Assembly (NCBI RefSeq): GCF_006345805.1
Contig: NC_042999.1
Location: 54,746,001 to 54,810,000 of the forward strand
Direction of reading: 5' to 3'
Length of the DNA: 64,000 bases
Source of the DNA: Octopus sinensis
Lineage: Eukaryota
This document shows positions 39,591-52,637 of this stretch, piece after piece (within the stretch, counting starts at the first letter, position 1; each line of letters opens with the position of its first letter). The position numbers were made by a program, and so were the translations under genes. The notes under the pieces were generated by a model, which was not told where the DNA came from, made no database searches, and worked only from the letters and a program-made list of their open reading frames with translations.

Positions 39591-41207
39591 GCGCGCGTGC
39601 GTGCGTGTGTGTATGTGTGTGAGTAGTTGTCTAAAAATCTACGTGTCAGGAAAAGAATACCTCTTCATATCTTGGGATTCATGACGGAACTCATTGTCTT
39701 TTACCCTGGCTTCTAATCTCGATTTCTCTCTTCAGCCTTCTGGATTCGATTGGAGTAAAAGTACCAGTGAAGTGCTGGGGTGAACGATGTAATAATAGAC
39801 TCTGATTGACAAGAATTTCGTGATGACCACGACTACAATATGTTCCATAATCTACAGATGACCTGGATGTAAACAACGGCGTCTTTACGTGGTCGCCCGA
39901 CCTGCTAGGATCAGCCATCAAATCTCTTTCATATGATACCCCCCCCCGCCCCATGGTAAAAGAGGGAATAACAAATTGGAATCTGTAGTGGAGTCTTTAT
40001 TCCATCCATGACCATCCTGTTTGTTTTTAAATGTATTTTATTGTTGGTCTGCACGATCAGGATTGACCTGAAGTTAACCAACAACAAAGGTGTGTGTGAA
40101 CACTTAATGAAAACCACATTTTTGTCCTCGTTTTCTTTTCTTTTCTTTTTTTTTTTTCTCATTTCAAGTTCTCAAACATAGACTTGTTCTAAATTGTTGC
40201 TTGACTTGAAATATTACCGTTTCTCTGCTTTCCTCTTCCTATTTTTACTTTCTTTTTTCCTCAACCATTCATTTCCTCAAATCTAAAACAATTAGATTGG
40301 CCACACCAATGTTTAGATAACTATGTAAGAATTTTCATGTCAGCACTAACTTTACATCACCACCACATGTCCCAGATAGAGCTTGAAGCAGACGACTCGC
40401 ATTAAACAGAAGGAAACTAACGAATTGAACGGAAAACAACGCATAAAAACAGAGGTTATAAATTACTTTCAAAAGGAGACTTAATATATGTGTCTGAAGT
40501 TTAAAACATATCCGTGATGAATGTGCTGCTGGGGCAGGAATCCTGGAGTTATTTAAAGACGGGACTCGACGTGAGGTAAAAAGGCAGGACGAGTATTATA
40601 GGTTAAGTTTCAAATCGTCCTTAATAACCTGGCTTTTTTTTCTGTGTTGATTGATAGAGACGTGACAATGTCGTAAAAAAAAGAAAAAGTAAAATGATTT
40701 TTATTCAGATCAAACTGATAAAGGCTGATATTGTCATTAATGAAATATATAACACAGTGATAAAAGAGATTGGAAAGTCTATGTTCTGTTTTAGTTCTCT
40801 AACCACATACGACTCTGTTTCTTCGTGATGTGAACCGAATCCATTAATTTATGTAAACAATCCATGCCAACATGGAAGACGGACGTTAAATGAAGATGAT
40901 GATGATTATGAAATACAAGAAATAGTAAATAAATAAAATGTGTGAAGATAATTCTTTCAGTCGATAAGATTTTGGATCTTTTTCTGTGAAATTATGGTGG
41001 AGATGGTGTTGAATGTATATAGAGATAATATCAATCGCTAAAACTTAAAACTTATGTATCATTTCTGCATGCTTATAAATTTGTGTTATCACAGACAATA
41101 AAAAAAAAACTCCCTTTCTCCCTAAACATTCACAGGTATTGTCTCCAAAAGCTGACCATTCTGGACAGGTCAGCAGTTGATCCTGTGAGAATAGTTTTCT
41201 TTGACGT

Positions 41208-41806
41208 GAGCTGGCAGAAACGTTAGCACGCCGGATGAAATGCTTAACGGTATTTCGTCTGCCGTTACGTTCTGAGTTCAAATTCTGCCGAGGTCGACTT
41301 TGCCTTTCATCCTTTCGGGGTCGATAAATTAAGTACCAGTTATGCACTGGGGTCGTTGTAATCGACTTAATACCTATGTCTGTCCTTGTTTGTCCCCTCT
41401 ACGTTTAGCCCCTTGTGGGTAATAAAGAAATAGAAATAGGTATTTCGTCTGCCATTACGTTCTGAGTTCAAATTCTGCCGAGGTCGACTTTGCCTTTCAT
41501 CCTTTCGGGGTCGATAAATTAAGTACCAGTTACGCACTGGGGTCGATGTAATCGACTTAATACCTATGTCTGTCCTTGTTTGTCCCCTCTGTCTTTAGCC
41601 CCTTGTGGGTAATAAAGAAATAGGTATTTCGTCTGCCATTACATTCTGAGTTCAAATTCCGCCGAGGTCGACTTTGCCTTTCATCCTTTCGGGGTCGATT
41701 AAATAAGTACCAGTTACGCACTGAGGTCGATGTAATCGACTTAATCCGTTTGCCTGTTCTTGTTTGTCCCCTCTGTGTTTAGCCCCTTGTGGACAATAAA
41801 GAAATA
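41208..41806 (+). mobile_element. SINE family B head-to-tail trimer
   Basis: Units 2 and 3 start at ggtatttcgtctgcc (41439 and 41623; 184 bp period). Confidence 0.92.
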
Positions 41807-41894
41807 ACAAAATAAACACGAAGACAGGTTTACTCCTATGTTTACTGTTTCCATCACAGCTGCACGATCATATCGTTTTTTTTTTTGTTTTTTT

Positions 41895-42180
41895 TTATCT
41901 TGTTTCAATCATTAGACAACGACCATGCTGGGGCACCCACCCTCAGACTTGAAGAATTTTTAGTCGAATGAATCCACTGCACTACTCTACTCTTTTACTT
42001 GTTTCAGTCATTTGACTGTGGCCATGCTGGAGCACCGCCTTTAGTCGAGCAAATCGACCCCGGAACTTATTCTTTTGTAAGCCCAGTACTTATTCGATCG
42101 GTCTCTTTTGCCGAATCGCTAAGTGACGGAGACGTAAACACACCAGCATCGGTTGTCAAGCAATGCTAGGGACACACACA

Positions 42181-42212
<32 letters not shown>

Positions 42213-43163
42213 TACACACACATATATATATACATATACATATATACGACAGGCTTCTTTCAGTTTCCGTCTACCAAATCCACTCACAAGGCATTGGTCG
42301 GTCCGGGGCTATAGCAGAAGACACTTACCCAAGATGCCACGCAGTGGGACTGAACCCAGAACAATGTGGTTGGTTAGCAAGCTACTTACCACACAGCCAC
42401 TCCTTTTTTTTTCTGAAATCTAGTACTTATTCCATCGGTCTCGTTTTGCCGAACAGCTGGAATTCGAGGCCGTAAAGAAACCAACACCAGCTGTCAAGCG
42501 TTGTGGTGGGGGACAAATACACACACACAACGAACTACTTTCAGTTTCCGTCTACCAAATCCTCTCACAAGTCTTTGTTCGACCTGAGACTGTAGTAGAA
42601 GACACTTGCTCAAGATGCCATGCAGTAGAACTGAACCCGGAACCATGTGGTTGGGAGCAAACTTCTTACCCCACGACCATACATACATACACACACACAC
42701 ACACAGCGATTACCTTAGATAGGATCAGATCATCCTGGCAATTACCATAGATAGCCGCCCATCCTGTGAGTGCTAGCTGGACTTACACAAAGGAGAGTTT
42801 CTCCCGTGCGAAGTTAGGTTTCAAACGAACAGAAATTCCATTTGGTATGCTTCTGTTGCGGCGTGTCTATGAAGCATTCTTTTCGCCTTTTAATCGAGGG
42901 AATCCACACCTGGACTTATTCTTTGTAAGCCTGGCACTCTTTTGCCGAACTACTAAGTCACGGGGACGTAAACACACCAACATACGACATACATATATAT
43001 ATATATATATATATACATATACGACGGGCTTCTTCCAGTTTCCGTCTACCAAATCCACTCACAAGGCTTTGGCAGAAGACACTTGCCCAAGATGCCATGC
43101 AGTGGGACTGAACCCGGAACCATGTGGTTGGTAAGCAAGCTACTTACTACACAGCCATTCCTG
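41895..43163 (-). mobile_element. Cluster of co-oriented SINE family A copies
   Basis: Tail fragment 41895-41975, full copy 41985-42403, partial copies 42415-42680 and 42880-43163. Confidence 0.88.
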
Positions 43164-43519
43164 TGAATGTTTTATATAACACACACACATACACACACAC
43201 ATGAATTGTCATGTGCGAAAGCATTTGGGCTTGTCTCTTGTGTAACGTTACAGCCAATAAACAATTACACACACACACACACACAATCACGAGAGAGAGA
43301 GGGCTTAAAAATAACTCTGTAAAGACTCCCAGAACAAATGCACGATATCAGAAAATAAATGGTTCTCAAACCTTGTCGAGTTTCTTCTGTTGACTTAACA
43401 ATGTCTTCAGTGAAATTGTGAGAAGACAAGTATTGTGACTTTGTCGCATTTCTCGCCTCATTAACGACATTGTTATTCAATAGAGAAGTTTTCTATACTC
43501 TCATTTTCACACACACACA

Positions 43520-43522
<3 letters not shown>

Positions 43523-43600
<78 letters not shown>
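43523..43600. repeat. (TA)n microsatellite
   Basis: Seen directly; a second tract lies at about 43910-43998. Confidence 0.95.
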
Positions 43601-43603
<3 letters not shown>

Positions 43604-43647
43604 TTCTAAATATCTCATAGAGATATGTACGGTGCTGGAGCGATAAA

Positions 43648-43897
43648 GTGGTTGTATACTGTCAACTTAACGTGACAGTCCTGTAAGGGAATTACACCAC
43701 CGCTGTTTAGCCCTAGGAAACATGCATGTCTCTAGATGCAGGGCTAGCTGTTGGGGGGTGTTTTTCTCCCCTTTGTAAATATATAAGGACACAAATGTGT
43801 CAAGGCCGACAGGAAGCGTCGATGCTTCCTAGGGCTAAACAGTAGTGGTGTAATTCCATTACAGGACTGTCACGTTAAGTTGACAGTATACAACCAC
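43648..43897. repeat. Fold-back element with 76 bp arms between (TA)n tracts
   Basis: 43648-43723 versus 43822-43897, 4 mismatches by manual alignment. Confidence 0.92.
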
Positions 43898-43927
43898 ACT
43901 CTCTCTCTCTATATATATATATATATG

Positions 43928-44000
<73 letters not shown>

Positions 44001-44182
44001 GGAGCAAATAATTCACGAGAAAAAATAACTTACGAAGATATTAACTCTGTTAATTTTCTCGTGAATTATTTGCTCCGTATTGAAATTCTTTTCCCACTGC
44101 TGGCTGCCATGATTTCGGCGCAAAACGAATCACTTCAGCGCAGACTTCAACGCGACGGGTTGGGAGTCTCTATCATGTTTAA

Positions 44183-44236
44183 CGCGTGCTGAGGAAGCTG
44201 AGTCTATTTTTTCCAGTGCAGAAACCGGTCCACGTG
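44183..44236 (+). ncRNA. Type I hammerhead ribozyme candidate
   Basis: cgcgtg-CTGAGGA-(imperfect stem II)-GAAA-CCGG-TC-cacgtg; 6 bp stem I, palindromic stem III ACCGGT, GUC site. Confidence 0.65.
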
Positions 44237-44404
44237 AGTCCAAATACTTAAATGTACGTTGGAAGATTGTCTTAGCCTCTTTGCCTTGGGACGGTTGATT
44301 TCTGTGGTTATCGTCAGTGTGTTTGGCGATTTAAATAAGAATTTTTACTGATTTTTTTTCATGCAGGTAGACATACTTTAGTATGTCCTCTGATTAATTA
44401 TATA

Positions 44405-44705
44405 TATGGCTGTGTGGTAAGTAGCTTGCTTATCAACCACATGGTTCCGGGTTCGGCCCTACTGCGTGGTACCTTGGGCAAGTGTCTTTTACTATAGCCT
44501 TGGGCCGACAAAACTTTGTAAGTGGATTTGGTAGACGGAAGCTGAAAGAAGCCCGTCGTATATATGTATGTGTGACTATATGTTTGTGTGTCTGCGTTTG
44601 TTCCCACCCCCCACATCGCTTGACAACCGATGCGGGTGTGTTTACGTCCCCGTAACTTAGCGGTTCGGCAAAATGGACCGACAGAATAAGTACTAGGCTT
44701 CCAAA
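44405..44705 (+). mobile_element. SINE family A, tail truncated
   Basis: Head and body match. Confidence 0.88.
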
Positions 44706-44916
44706 GAGAAAAACTTATTTGATTTTCGAAATCTGCGTCCTAACAAAGGTTTTTAGTTATAATTAAGCAAAACATGAATTTGCTACGAGAAATGACTCGA
44801 GTTTTAGATCGCCAAATCTGACACTCTCTAACTGCCTCCTCTATATATATATATACATTTATTTACCACACCATTTATCACTCTCTGTTTCTGTATATCT
44901 CTCCCGCATACTGCCC

Positions 44917-45004
<88 letters not shown>

Positions 45005-45125
45005 CAATAATACAGTGATTGTTTCTTGTCAGGAACAAAAAGAGTAATAGGACTGCTATAGAAGTGCTCTATTGAAAGAGACAAATATATCAAAGTAAGG
45101 TTAAAGAACAAACAAATACAAGGTC

Positions 45126-45206
45126 ATCCCTGACGAAGGAGGTATTTTCTTGATGCACCCTAGTGCTTTAAACATAATAATACACCCCTGAAATGGCCAT
45201 AGGGAT
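45126..45206 (+). ncRNA. Type I hammerhead ribozyme candidate with long stem II
   Basis: atcc-CTGACGA-aggaggtatt...aatacacccct-GAAA-TGGCCA-TA-gggat; palindromic stem III ATGGCCAT; stem I is short in the canonical register. Confidence 0.55.
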
Positions 45207-45330
45207 TAAGTAAATATGGTTTCCTCTTTTTTACTATAAGGCTTCTCTTACTTGAATAAGTTTATAAGATTTCTAAACGATGAACTTTTATTTTATTTAC
45301 ATGATATATATTATATATTTTTATATGCTT

Positions 45331-45372
<42 letters not shown>

Positions 45373-45660
45373 TTTTTATATACCTATATATTTTTATATA
45401 TTACTTTATATTATATTTTTACTTTCTAGATGTTGTAATGTTTTTTTAAAAAATGTATTTTTCTGAATCGCTAAAGTATTAACTCTAAACCGTGATGAAC
45501 TTTTTTCTCGCACCTTATTATATGCTTATTGCTTGTACAGATGAATTATGTTCCATCTTGCGGGATGTTTAAATGTATATTCTATGATCAAAGGCTCGAA
45601 TTATGAAATGTTATGCGGATGACCTTGCATTTGTTTGTTCTTTAACCTTAGTTTGATATA

Positions 45661-45732
<72 letters not shown>

Positions 45733-46090
45733 TATATCGTTTTGTTTAAAGCTTTTCTGGAATAAATGAATCAGAAAATCACATTCTGCATGAAAAAGTA
45801 CGTTAATATAACAAATTTTAAAATTTTCCCTTAATTTTAAAATTTCAAAATCTGTGACAGCATGGGAAAAGATCCATCTTTACCACTCTCTCTCTCTCTC
45901 CGTATATGTATCTCTCACGCTGTGTGTGTGTGTAAGGAATTTCATATGGACGAAAGAGTTGACAGATCCTCACTAAGCACCGACAGTGAGCTACGAAAAA
46001 TCTCACATCTACGCACAAAATGGAAAAACGATAACTTTATACATTCATTAAATTGCCCGGCAACGACGAGATACTCAATGTGTGTGTGTG

Positions 46091-46365
46091 TGGTTAGGGT
46101 GATATCCAGTAACGCGTTGTGTCCTTCAGCAAGACACTTTATTTCACGTTGCCCCCGTCCACTCAGCTGACAAAAAAGAGTTGTACCTGTATTTCAAATG
46201 GGCCAGCCTTGTCACATTCTGTGTCACGCTAAATCTCTCCGAGAACTAGGGTAAGGGTACACGTGTCTGTGGATTGCTCAACCACTTGCACGTTAATTTC
46301 ACGAGCAGGCTGTTCCGTTGATTGGATCAACTGGAGCCCTCGTCGTCGCAACCGACGGAGGGCCA
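46091..46365 (+). mobile_element. Chimeric SINE: family D core plus family C 3' half
   Basis: gcaagacactttatttcacgttgc...ccactcagctg joined to gttgtacctgtatttcaaa...gtcgcaaccgacgg. Confidence 0.75.
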
Positions 46366-46369
46366 ATTA

Positions 46370-46730
46370 TGCCTGTGTGGTAAGTAGCTTGCTTACAAAC
46401 CACATGGTTCTGGGTTCAGTCCCACTGCATGACGCCTTGAGCAAGTATCTTCTACGATAGCCTCGGGCCGACCAAAGCCTTGTGAGTGGATTTGGAAGAC
46501 GGAAACTGAATGAAGCCAGTTGTACATATATGTGTGTGTGTGTGTTTGTTCCCCACGATCGCTTGACAACCGATGTTGGTGTGTTTACATCTCCGTGACT
46601 TAGAGGTTCGGTAAAAGAGACCGATACGATAAGTATTAGGCTTACAAAGAATAAGTCCTGGGGTCAATTTGTTCGACTAAAGGCGGTGTTCCAGCATGGC
46701 TGCAGTCAAATGGCTGAAACAAATAAAAGA
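46370..46730 (+). mobile_element. SINE family A
   Basis: Head-to-tail match. Confidence 0.9.
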
Positions 46731-48016
46731 ATATATATAAAATGAGAGTGAGAAAGGGAGAGTACCTGATGACAGAAGACCCATAAGCCATAACCAAATT
46801 TAAACTCAGAATCCGAAGCAAAACCCCTGAAAAATATCTTCTCTGGCATTCTCACAGTCCCATCACTTCCCTGTCTTTGACTTGTACTATTTTACCAACC
46901 CCGAATAGATCAAAGTCAAAGTTGACCCTGGCAGAATTTGAACTCAGAGCGCAGAAAATCGGAACTAATAGGTGGAGGGATGGGAGGGTGAGATCTAAAG
47001 CATATTCGGATTGATTTCTACTTTAATTCAGATTGAGCTTATAATCTTCAATTCATCTTCTTCGGTTCAATTAGGTCAAGACTGATTAGCATAAAGTAAG
47101 ACCCCCCAACTGGCATAAGCTAATATTTCAGTTCATTAGTTGACCAGAAATAGATCCTACTTCCATTACGACCACAGCAATCGAAACACGCATTAATTTC
47201 TACTAAACATTCCACTTCAAACATAAACAATGGTTGGCCTTAAAGAATTATGTTTACAGAGTTTAAAGTTAAACTATAAATCTAATTTAATGTGGAAGTT
47301 GATCAACATAGTTTATTGCTTAACAACTGGGTTAAGAGTTTATTTAAAACTCTTTTTTCTTCTGGCCACATCAACCACGTTTTCTGTTAGAAATAAAATA
47401 AATATTGCACTCATCTCACGACACTACCCCGATTCGACAAGGTTTTGCAGGCAATTTTTTCTTTTCTTCTGTTTTTCTCTTCCTGATTTAGAATAGTGGC
47501 TGCTTTGTAAGTCTCGGTTTATAATTTATAATATAATTTACATTAGCTTTCTTTCAAAGGAAATCTGATCTCATTAGACAGCTTCTTCGTGAACGCTTTT
47601 GTCTGGAGCTATCACCGTAGCCAGCATATAATAAAAAGACAACAAACGGAAATATGACATATATGTATATATATATAATTCAAGAAAACTTATTGTAAAT
47701 AAACTAACGAACATATGCTAAATACACAGGCGGGCAGAAAACACTGACGTTCACCAATTCTTCATCAGTTATCGGCCAGAGAGGTTAAATTCAATTGCAG
47801 CCATTGTCGATAAAACTATCGAGATATATATAAAATGATTAACCAGGTGTGGTGTAACAGCAAAAGAAATAGATCTTGATATCTTTAAGATAGAGAAATA
47901 TATTTAATATTTTATACAAATATGGAACACTCACATACAGTACTCAGAGTTTCCCTGTAAGCTACAGGTATGAAGCTATCCGATTTCCGATCGGTTATCA
48001 GCGTACATGTCTTTAC

Positions 48017-48515
48017 AATGGTCCAGTGGTTAGGGCAGCGGACTCGCGGTCGTAGGATCGCGGTTTCGATTCCTAGACCGGGCATTGTGAGTGCTTATTG
48101 AGCGAAAACACCTAAAAGCCCCACGAGGCTCCGGCAGGGGATGGTGGTGAACCCTGCTGTACTCTTTCACCATACTTTCTCTCAATCTTTCTTCTGGTTT
48201 CTGTTGTACCTGTATTTCAAAGGGCCAGCCTTGTCACACTTTGTGTCACGCTGAATCTCCTCGAGAACTACGTTAAGGGTACACGTGTCTGTGGAGTGCT
48301 CAGTCACTTGCACGTTAATAAATGAGCTGTGACGACAATGGTGTCAAGCTGTATCGGCCTTTGCCTTTCTCTTGGATAACATCGGTGGCGTGGAGAGGGG
48401 AGGCTGGTATGCGTGTGCGACTGCTGGTCTTCCATAAACAACCTTGCCCAGACTTGTACCTCGGAGGGTAACTTTCTAGGTGCAATTCCATGGTCATTCA
48501 TGACCGAAGGAGGTC
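48017..48515 (+). mobile_element. SINE family C body with a different 3' tail
   Basis: Matches family C to cacttgcacgttaat (about 48318), then an unrelated tail ending ggtcattcatgaccgaaggaggtc. Confidence 0.8.
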
Positions 48516-48518
48516 ACA

Positions 48519-48552
<34 letters not shown>

Positions 48553-49389
48553 TATATTATATTATATTATATTATATTATATAAACGATAGTTATTAGCC
48601 AAATGGTATCTCTCTTATAATGCTTTCTCTCCGTCTAGTTATGGTGTAATGTTTCTCTGTTATTTACAAATGCACCATCAGTTTTCGTAGAGAACAAACG
48701 TGTTAACAGCGGAAACAACACGTGGATCGATTTGTTGATAAACTCCCAAATTTGTTTAATGCGCGCATGCATATGAACAGAGAGAAATTTCCAGATGTGT
48801 GTATGTGTGTGGATTAGCAAAGGTGTAGGAGGGGTGGGAAGAGCTGTTCAATAAAAGCTTATTCATTATTTTCGTGGAGTCTGAATTTCCATAGAAGTTG
48901 AAGATGAAGGAAGGAGTGGACCCTCCGCTTCGAAGGAATGGATATATATTTGCCAATATGACTCGTCACGTGACGGATAACTTTGGAAACAAACTTTTGC
49001 CATCATGGCTAATATCAGGAAACATTGCCCACGTACATTCGTTATGCATACATTACCTTTCATCGAATGATGAAATGAATATTAATTTTTAAAAGAAAAT
49101 ATTTTTAACCTTAGAATATGATTAAATTAAACAAGTTCCTCGTTTGAATAACTCCTCCTATAACTATGTCATTTACTCTTTCTTGTCCTTTGTATGTGTA
49201 GCGTAGCGTTCCCTTACTCATTGTCTGCCACCAAGCCTGGCGTGTGCACTCATTCTGCACCTTTTATGTTAGTTCCCTCTGCATCTCTCTTTTACTCTCT
49301 TCCCGCTCTCTTTATACGATTTAAAGCATAACTTGAGAATTCAACCAACAATTATATCAACTGTTTATACACACACACACACACACATA

Positions 49390-49422
<33 letters not shown>

Positions 49423-49657
49423 TATTTTATAAACATACATGTACACGTACACATGTAGATATACACATACATAGACATGCATACACACACACGGACATAC
49501 ATGCATATATAGTAGATGTATTTCCGTGTGTGTGTATGCATGTCTATGTATGTGAGCATTTCTATGTATGTGTATATCTACATGCGTGCGTGTACATATG
49601 TGTGTTTATATATAAGGGATGGAAGCTATGTTTATATGTAGTTAATGTATATGTGTG

Positions 49658-49693
<36 letters not shown>

Positions 49694-50091
49694 GTGGTGT
49701 GGCCTGTGTGTGTATATGTACGAATGTCTGGTCAACGTTCGCCGAAGGGCATCGTGATCTATGATGCACGGAGATAATACAAGCGTTATGACGTCGATGT
49801 GTCGCACGTTCCATTGAAGCTAAACAGTAAAAGCATAATTTATGAAGAAATTATTTAGTAGAAGAAATAAATCTTCTGTAATTTCCTTACAAATTTCTGA
49901 TATTAAGATTTATAGAGAAAGCCTTTCAATAAGCAATTTGTAGTAAATTCCATGTTTAAACAGCAACCTTGAAACAGATACGTAAGCTTTGAGTCAAGAT
50001 ATCTGACCCAAATCTTTTTTTTTTTTAAGTTAGTAAAACGATAAAACTTACGAAAGGAAAATAGACTGCTTTCTATGGTGTCTCGTTTTTC

Positions 50092-50126
<35 letters not shown>

Positions 50127-50511
50127 CTTTGCTATATAAATATATTTATATATAGAGATAAGACTTGGCTTCTTCACGCTGTCCGTTTTGTTGTCTTTGT
50201 CAGATGTGCATTTATTGGTTAAATCAACTTTTTTTTAAGAAAAATAACGGCAGCTCTGATAGACGCCGAACCACCTTCTCTAGTCTTTCCTTCCTGTATA
50301 GGAATCTGCTGTTCTACTCTCGCTCCTTCGCATTCTGGACTTTGTCCATATCGAGTTTTTCCAATCTATCAATAAAACCCTGAATATGGTCATGAAAAGT
50401 TGGCGGGGAAATACAGAGAGAAAGCAGCCAGTTGGAGCAGGAAGCCTCTGTACACAGCAAAGGTGGGGTGTCGATATGTATGTATGTATAATAATTTGTG
50501 TGTGTGTATGA

Positions 50512-51073
50512 GATGCTTGCATCTCTCCTGACACATGGGAAGGCATAGCTATTGATCGTAGCAGGTGGAGAAGGATTGTGCACGAGGGGACAGCCACTTT
50601 TGATAAATCTCGAGTTGCACATGAGAAAGTAAGGAGGGATGTCAGGAAGGGCATCGCTGTTACACTTCCAGATGGGAAGGGTCTTCCTTTGATGCTGACA
50701 TGCAATGTCTGTGCAAGACTCCGCCTCAGTAAAGCTGGACTCAAGAGTCATCTTCGTAGTCATAAAGCGAGACAGATGAGTGACAACCTGACCACTGGTG
50801 GTGGTGTAACACACCATACTAATCATATCTGTTGGGCATGTGGAAGAGAGTGTAATTCGGCAGGAGGACTTAAACGACATGCAAAGGTACATGAAGCCCA
50901 GATACAACTACAGCCGGCTATTACCGGTAAACGTTTTTGTTGCCAATTCTGTACAAGACATTGTAGATCTTTAGCTGGGCTAAAAAGTCACATTCGATCA
51001 CAGCACCGGTAACAGTTAAGGTTCGTGCAATGGCCATACTCGAGAACGAGGGGGCAGCCATAATAATAATAAT
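50512..51073 (+). mobile_element. 5'-truncated RTE-like LINE 3' end encoding three C2H2-type zinc fingers
   Basis: Open frame 50512-51012: ISPDTWEGIAIDRSRWRRIVHEG (RTE C-terminal signature), then CNVC..GLKSHLRSH, CWAC..GLKRHAKVH, CQFC..GLKSHIRSQH; short 3' UTR and (TAA)n tail. Confidence 0.82.
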
Positions 51074-51499
51074 ATATATATATATATATATATAATATAC
51101 ATACATACACAGTATATTCTGGAATATGTGTTTCTGGAATTTGGTTAAATTACAAGAAACAAAACCTAAATATAATTTAGACACTCTAATTTGGGAATCC
51201 TTGAACTTATGAATTTTAGAATCGAGCCTGAAATTACTTGTTTGGTTTCGGTTTGAAGCATTTCGAGCTTTTGCAATCACTACGCGCGCACGCGCATGTA
51301 GATGGGCTTGTGTGTATGTGAAGTCAGGGAAGTCCGGTTAAGTTCTATCCTCCTCCACCTCGCAGTGCGCTTGAAAATCATGAAATTGTGAAACCGGTTA
51401 AAGGAAATGAAAATAGATCTTTTTTAAAGACACTGCATTTTCACGTCGTGGGAAAAAAATTTTACTTTCTTCACTGTGTATATATTGGGTCGTCTCACA

Positions 51500-51893
51500 C
51501 AGGCATAATTGGCACACCGTCGGTTACGACGACGAGGGTTCCAGTTGATCGGATCAACGGAACAGCTTGCTCGTGAAATTAAAGTGCAAGTAGCTGCCCA
51601 CTCCACAGACACATGTACCCTTAACGTAGTTCTCGGGGAGATTCGGAGTGTGACACAGAGTGTGACAAGGCTGGCCCTTTGAAATACAGGTACAACAGAA
51701 ACCGGAAGAAAGAGTGAGAGAGAGTTTTGGTGAAAGAATACAGCATGGCTCGCCATCACCCGCTGCCGGAGCCTCGTGGAGCTTTGGGTGTTTTCGCTAA
51801 ATAAACACTCATATCACCTGGTCTACGGATCGAAACCGCGATTCTACGACCGCTAGTCCGCTGCCCTAACCACTAGGCCATTGCGCCTTCACA
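51500..51893 (-). mobile_element. SINE family C
   Basis: Colinear with 26306-26696. Confidence 0.9.
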
Positions 51894-52144
51894 CTGCTTC
51901 AATTGACGTTACAGTTTCATTGTTTTACGTAGGTTACTAAATGAACGTAAGGTTGTTATTTCCCAAACATGCAGTGACCATTACTTAAATTATACACTGT
52001 CATTTTGTACAAGACAGACATTGTCAATTAATGAATGACATCAAATATTTATGACTTAATTACTTTAACCGTTATTTAGATGAAGTGATACTATTTCCCC
52101 GTGACTTCATTCCCACTCCGTTAGGCTTGTGACAATTTACTCTT

Positions 52145-52389
52145 TACTCTTTTACTCTTTTACTTGTTTCAGTCATATTACTGCGGCCATGTTGGAACAC
52201 CGGCTTTTAATCGAGCAACTCGACCCCGGGACTTATTCTTTTGTAAGCCCAGTACTTATTCTATCGGTCTCTTTTGCCGAACCGCTAAGTAACGGAGACA
52301 TAAACACACCAGCATCGGTTGTCAAGCAATGTTAGGAGGGCAAACACAGACACACAAACACACACACGCATATATATGTATATATATAT

Positions 52390-52465
<76 letters not shown>

Positions 52466-52637
52466 CATATCTACGACAGGCTTCTTTCAGTTTCCGTCTA
52501 CCAAATCCACTCACAAGGCTTTGGTCGGCCCGGGGCTATAGCAGAAGACACTTGCCCAAGATGCCACGCAGTGGGACTGAACCCGGAACCGTGTGGTTGG
52601 TAAACAAGCTACTTACCACACAGCCACTCCTGCGCCT
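52145..52637 (-). mobile_element. SINE family A, full length
   Basis: Tail-to-head match with expanded (TA)n. Confidence 0.92.

Noticed and set aside
47741-48003. Minus-strand hammerhead-like remnants
   Set aside because: Core or GAAA is damaged and the stems are inconsistent.
50280-50907. 154 aa and 197 aa minus-strand ORFs
   Set aside because: Antisense shadows of the RTE zinc-finger frame.
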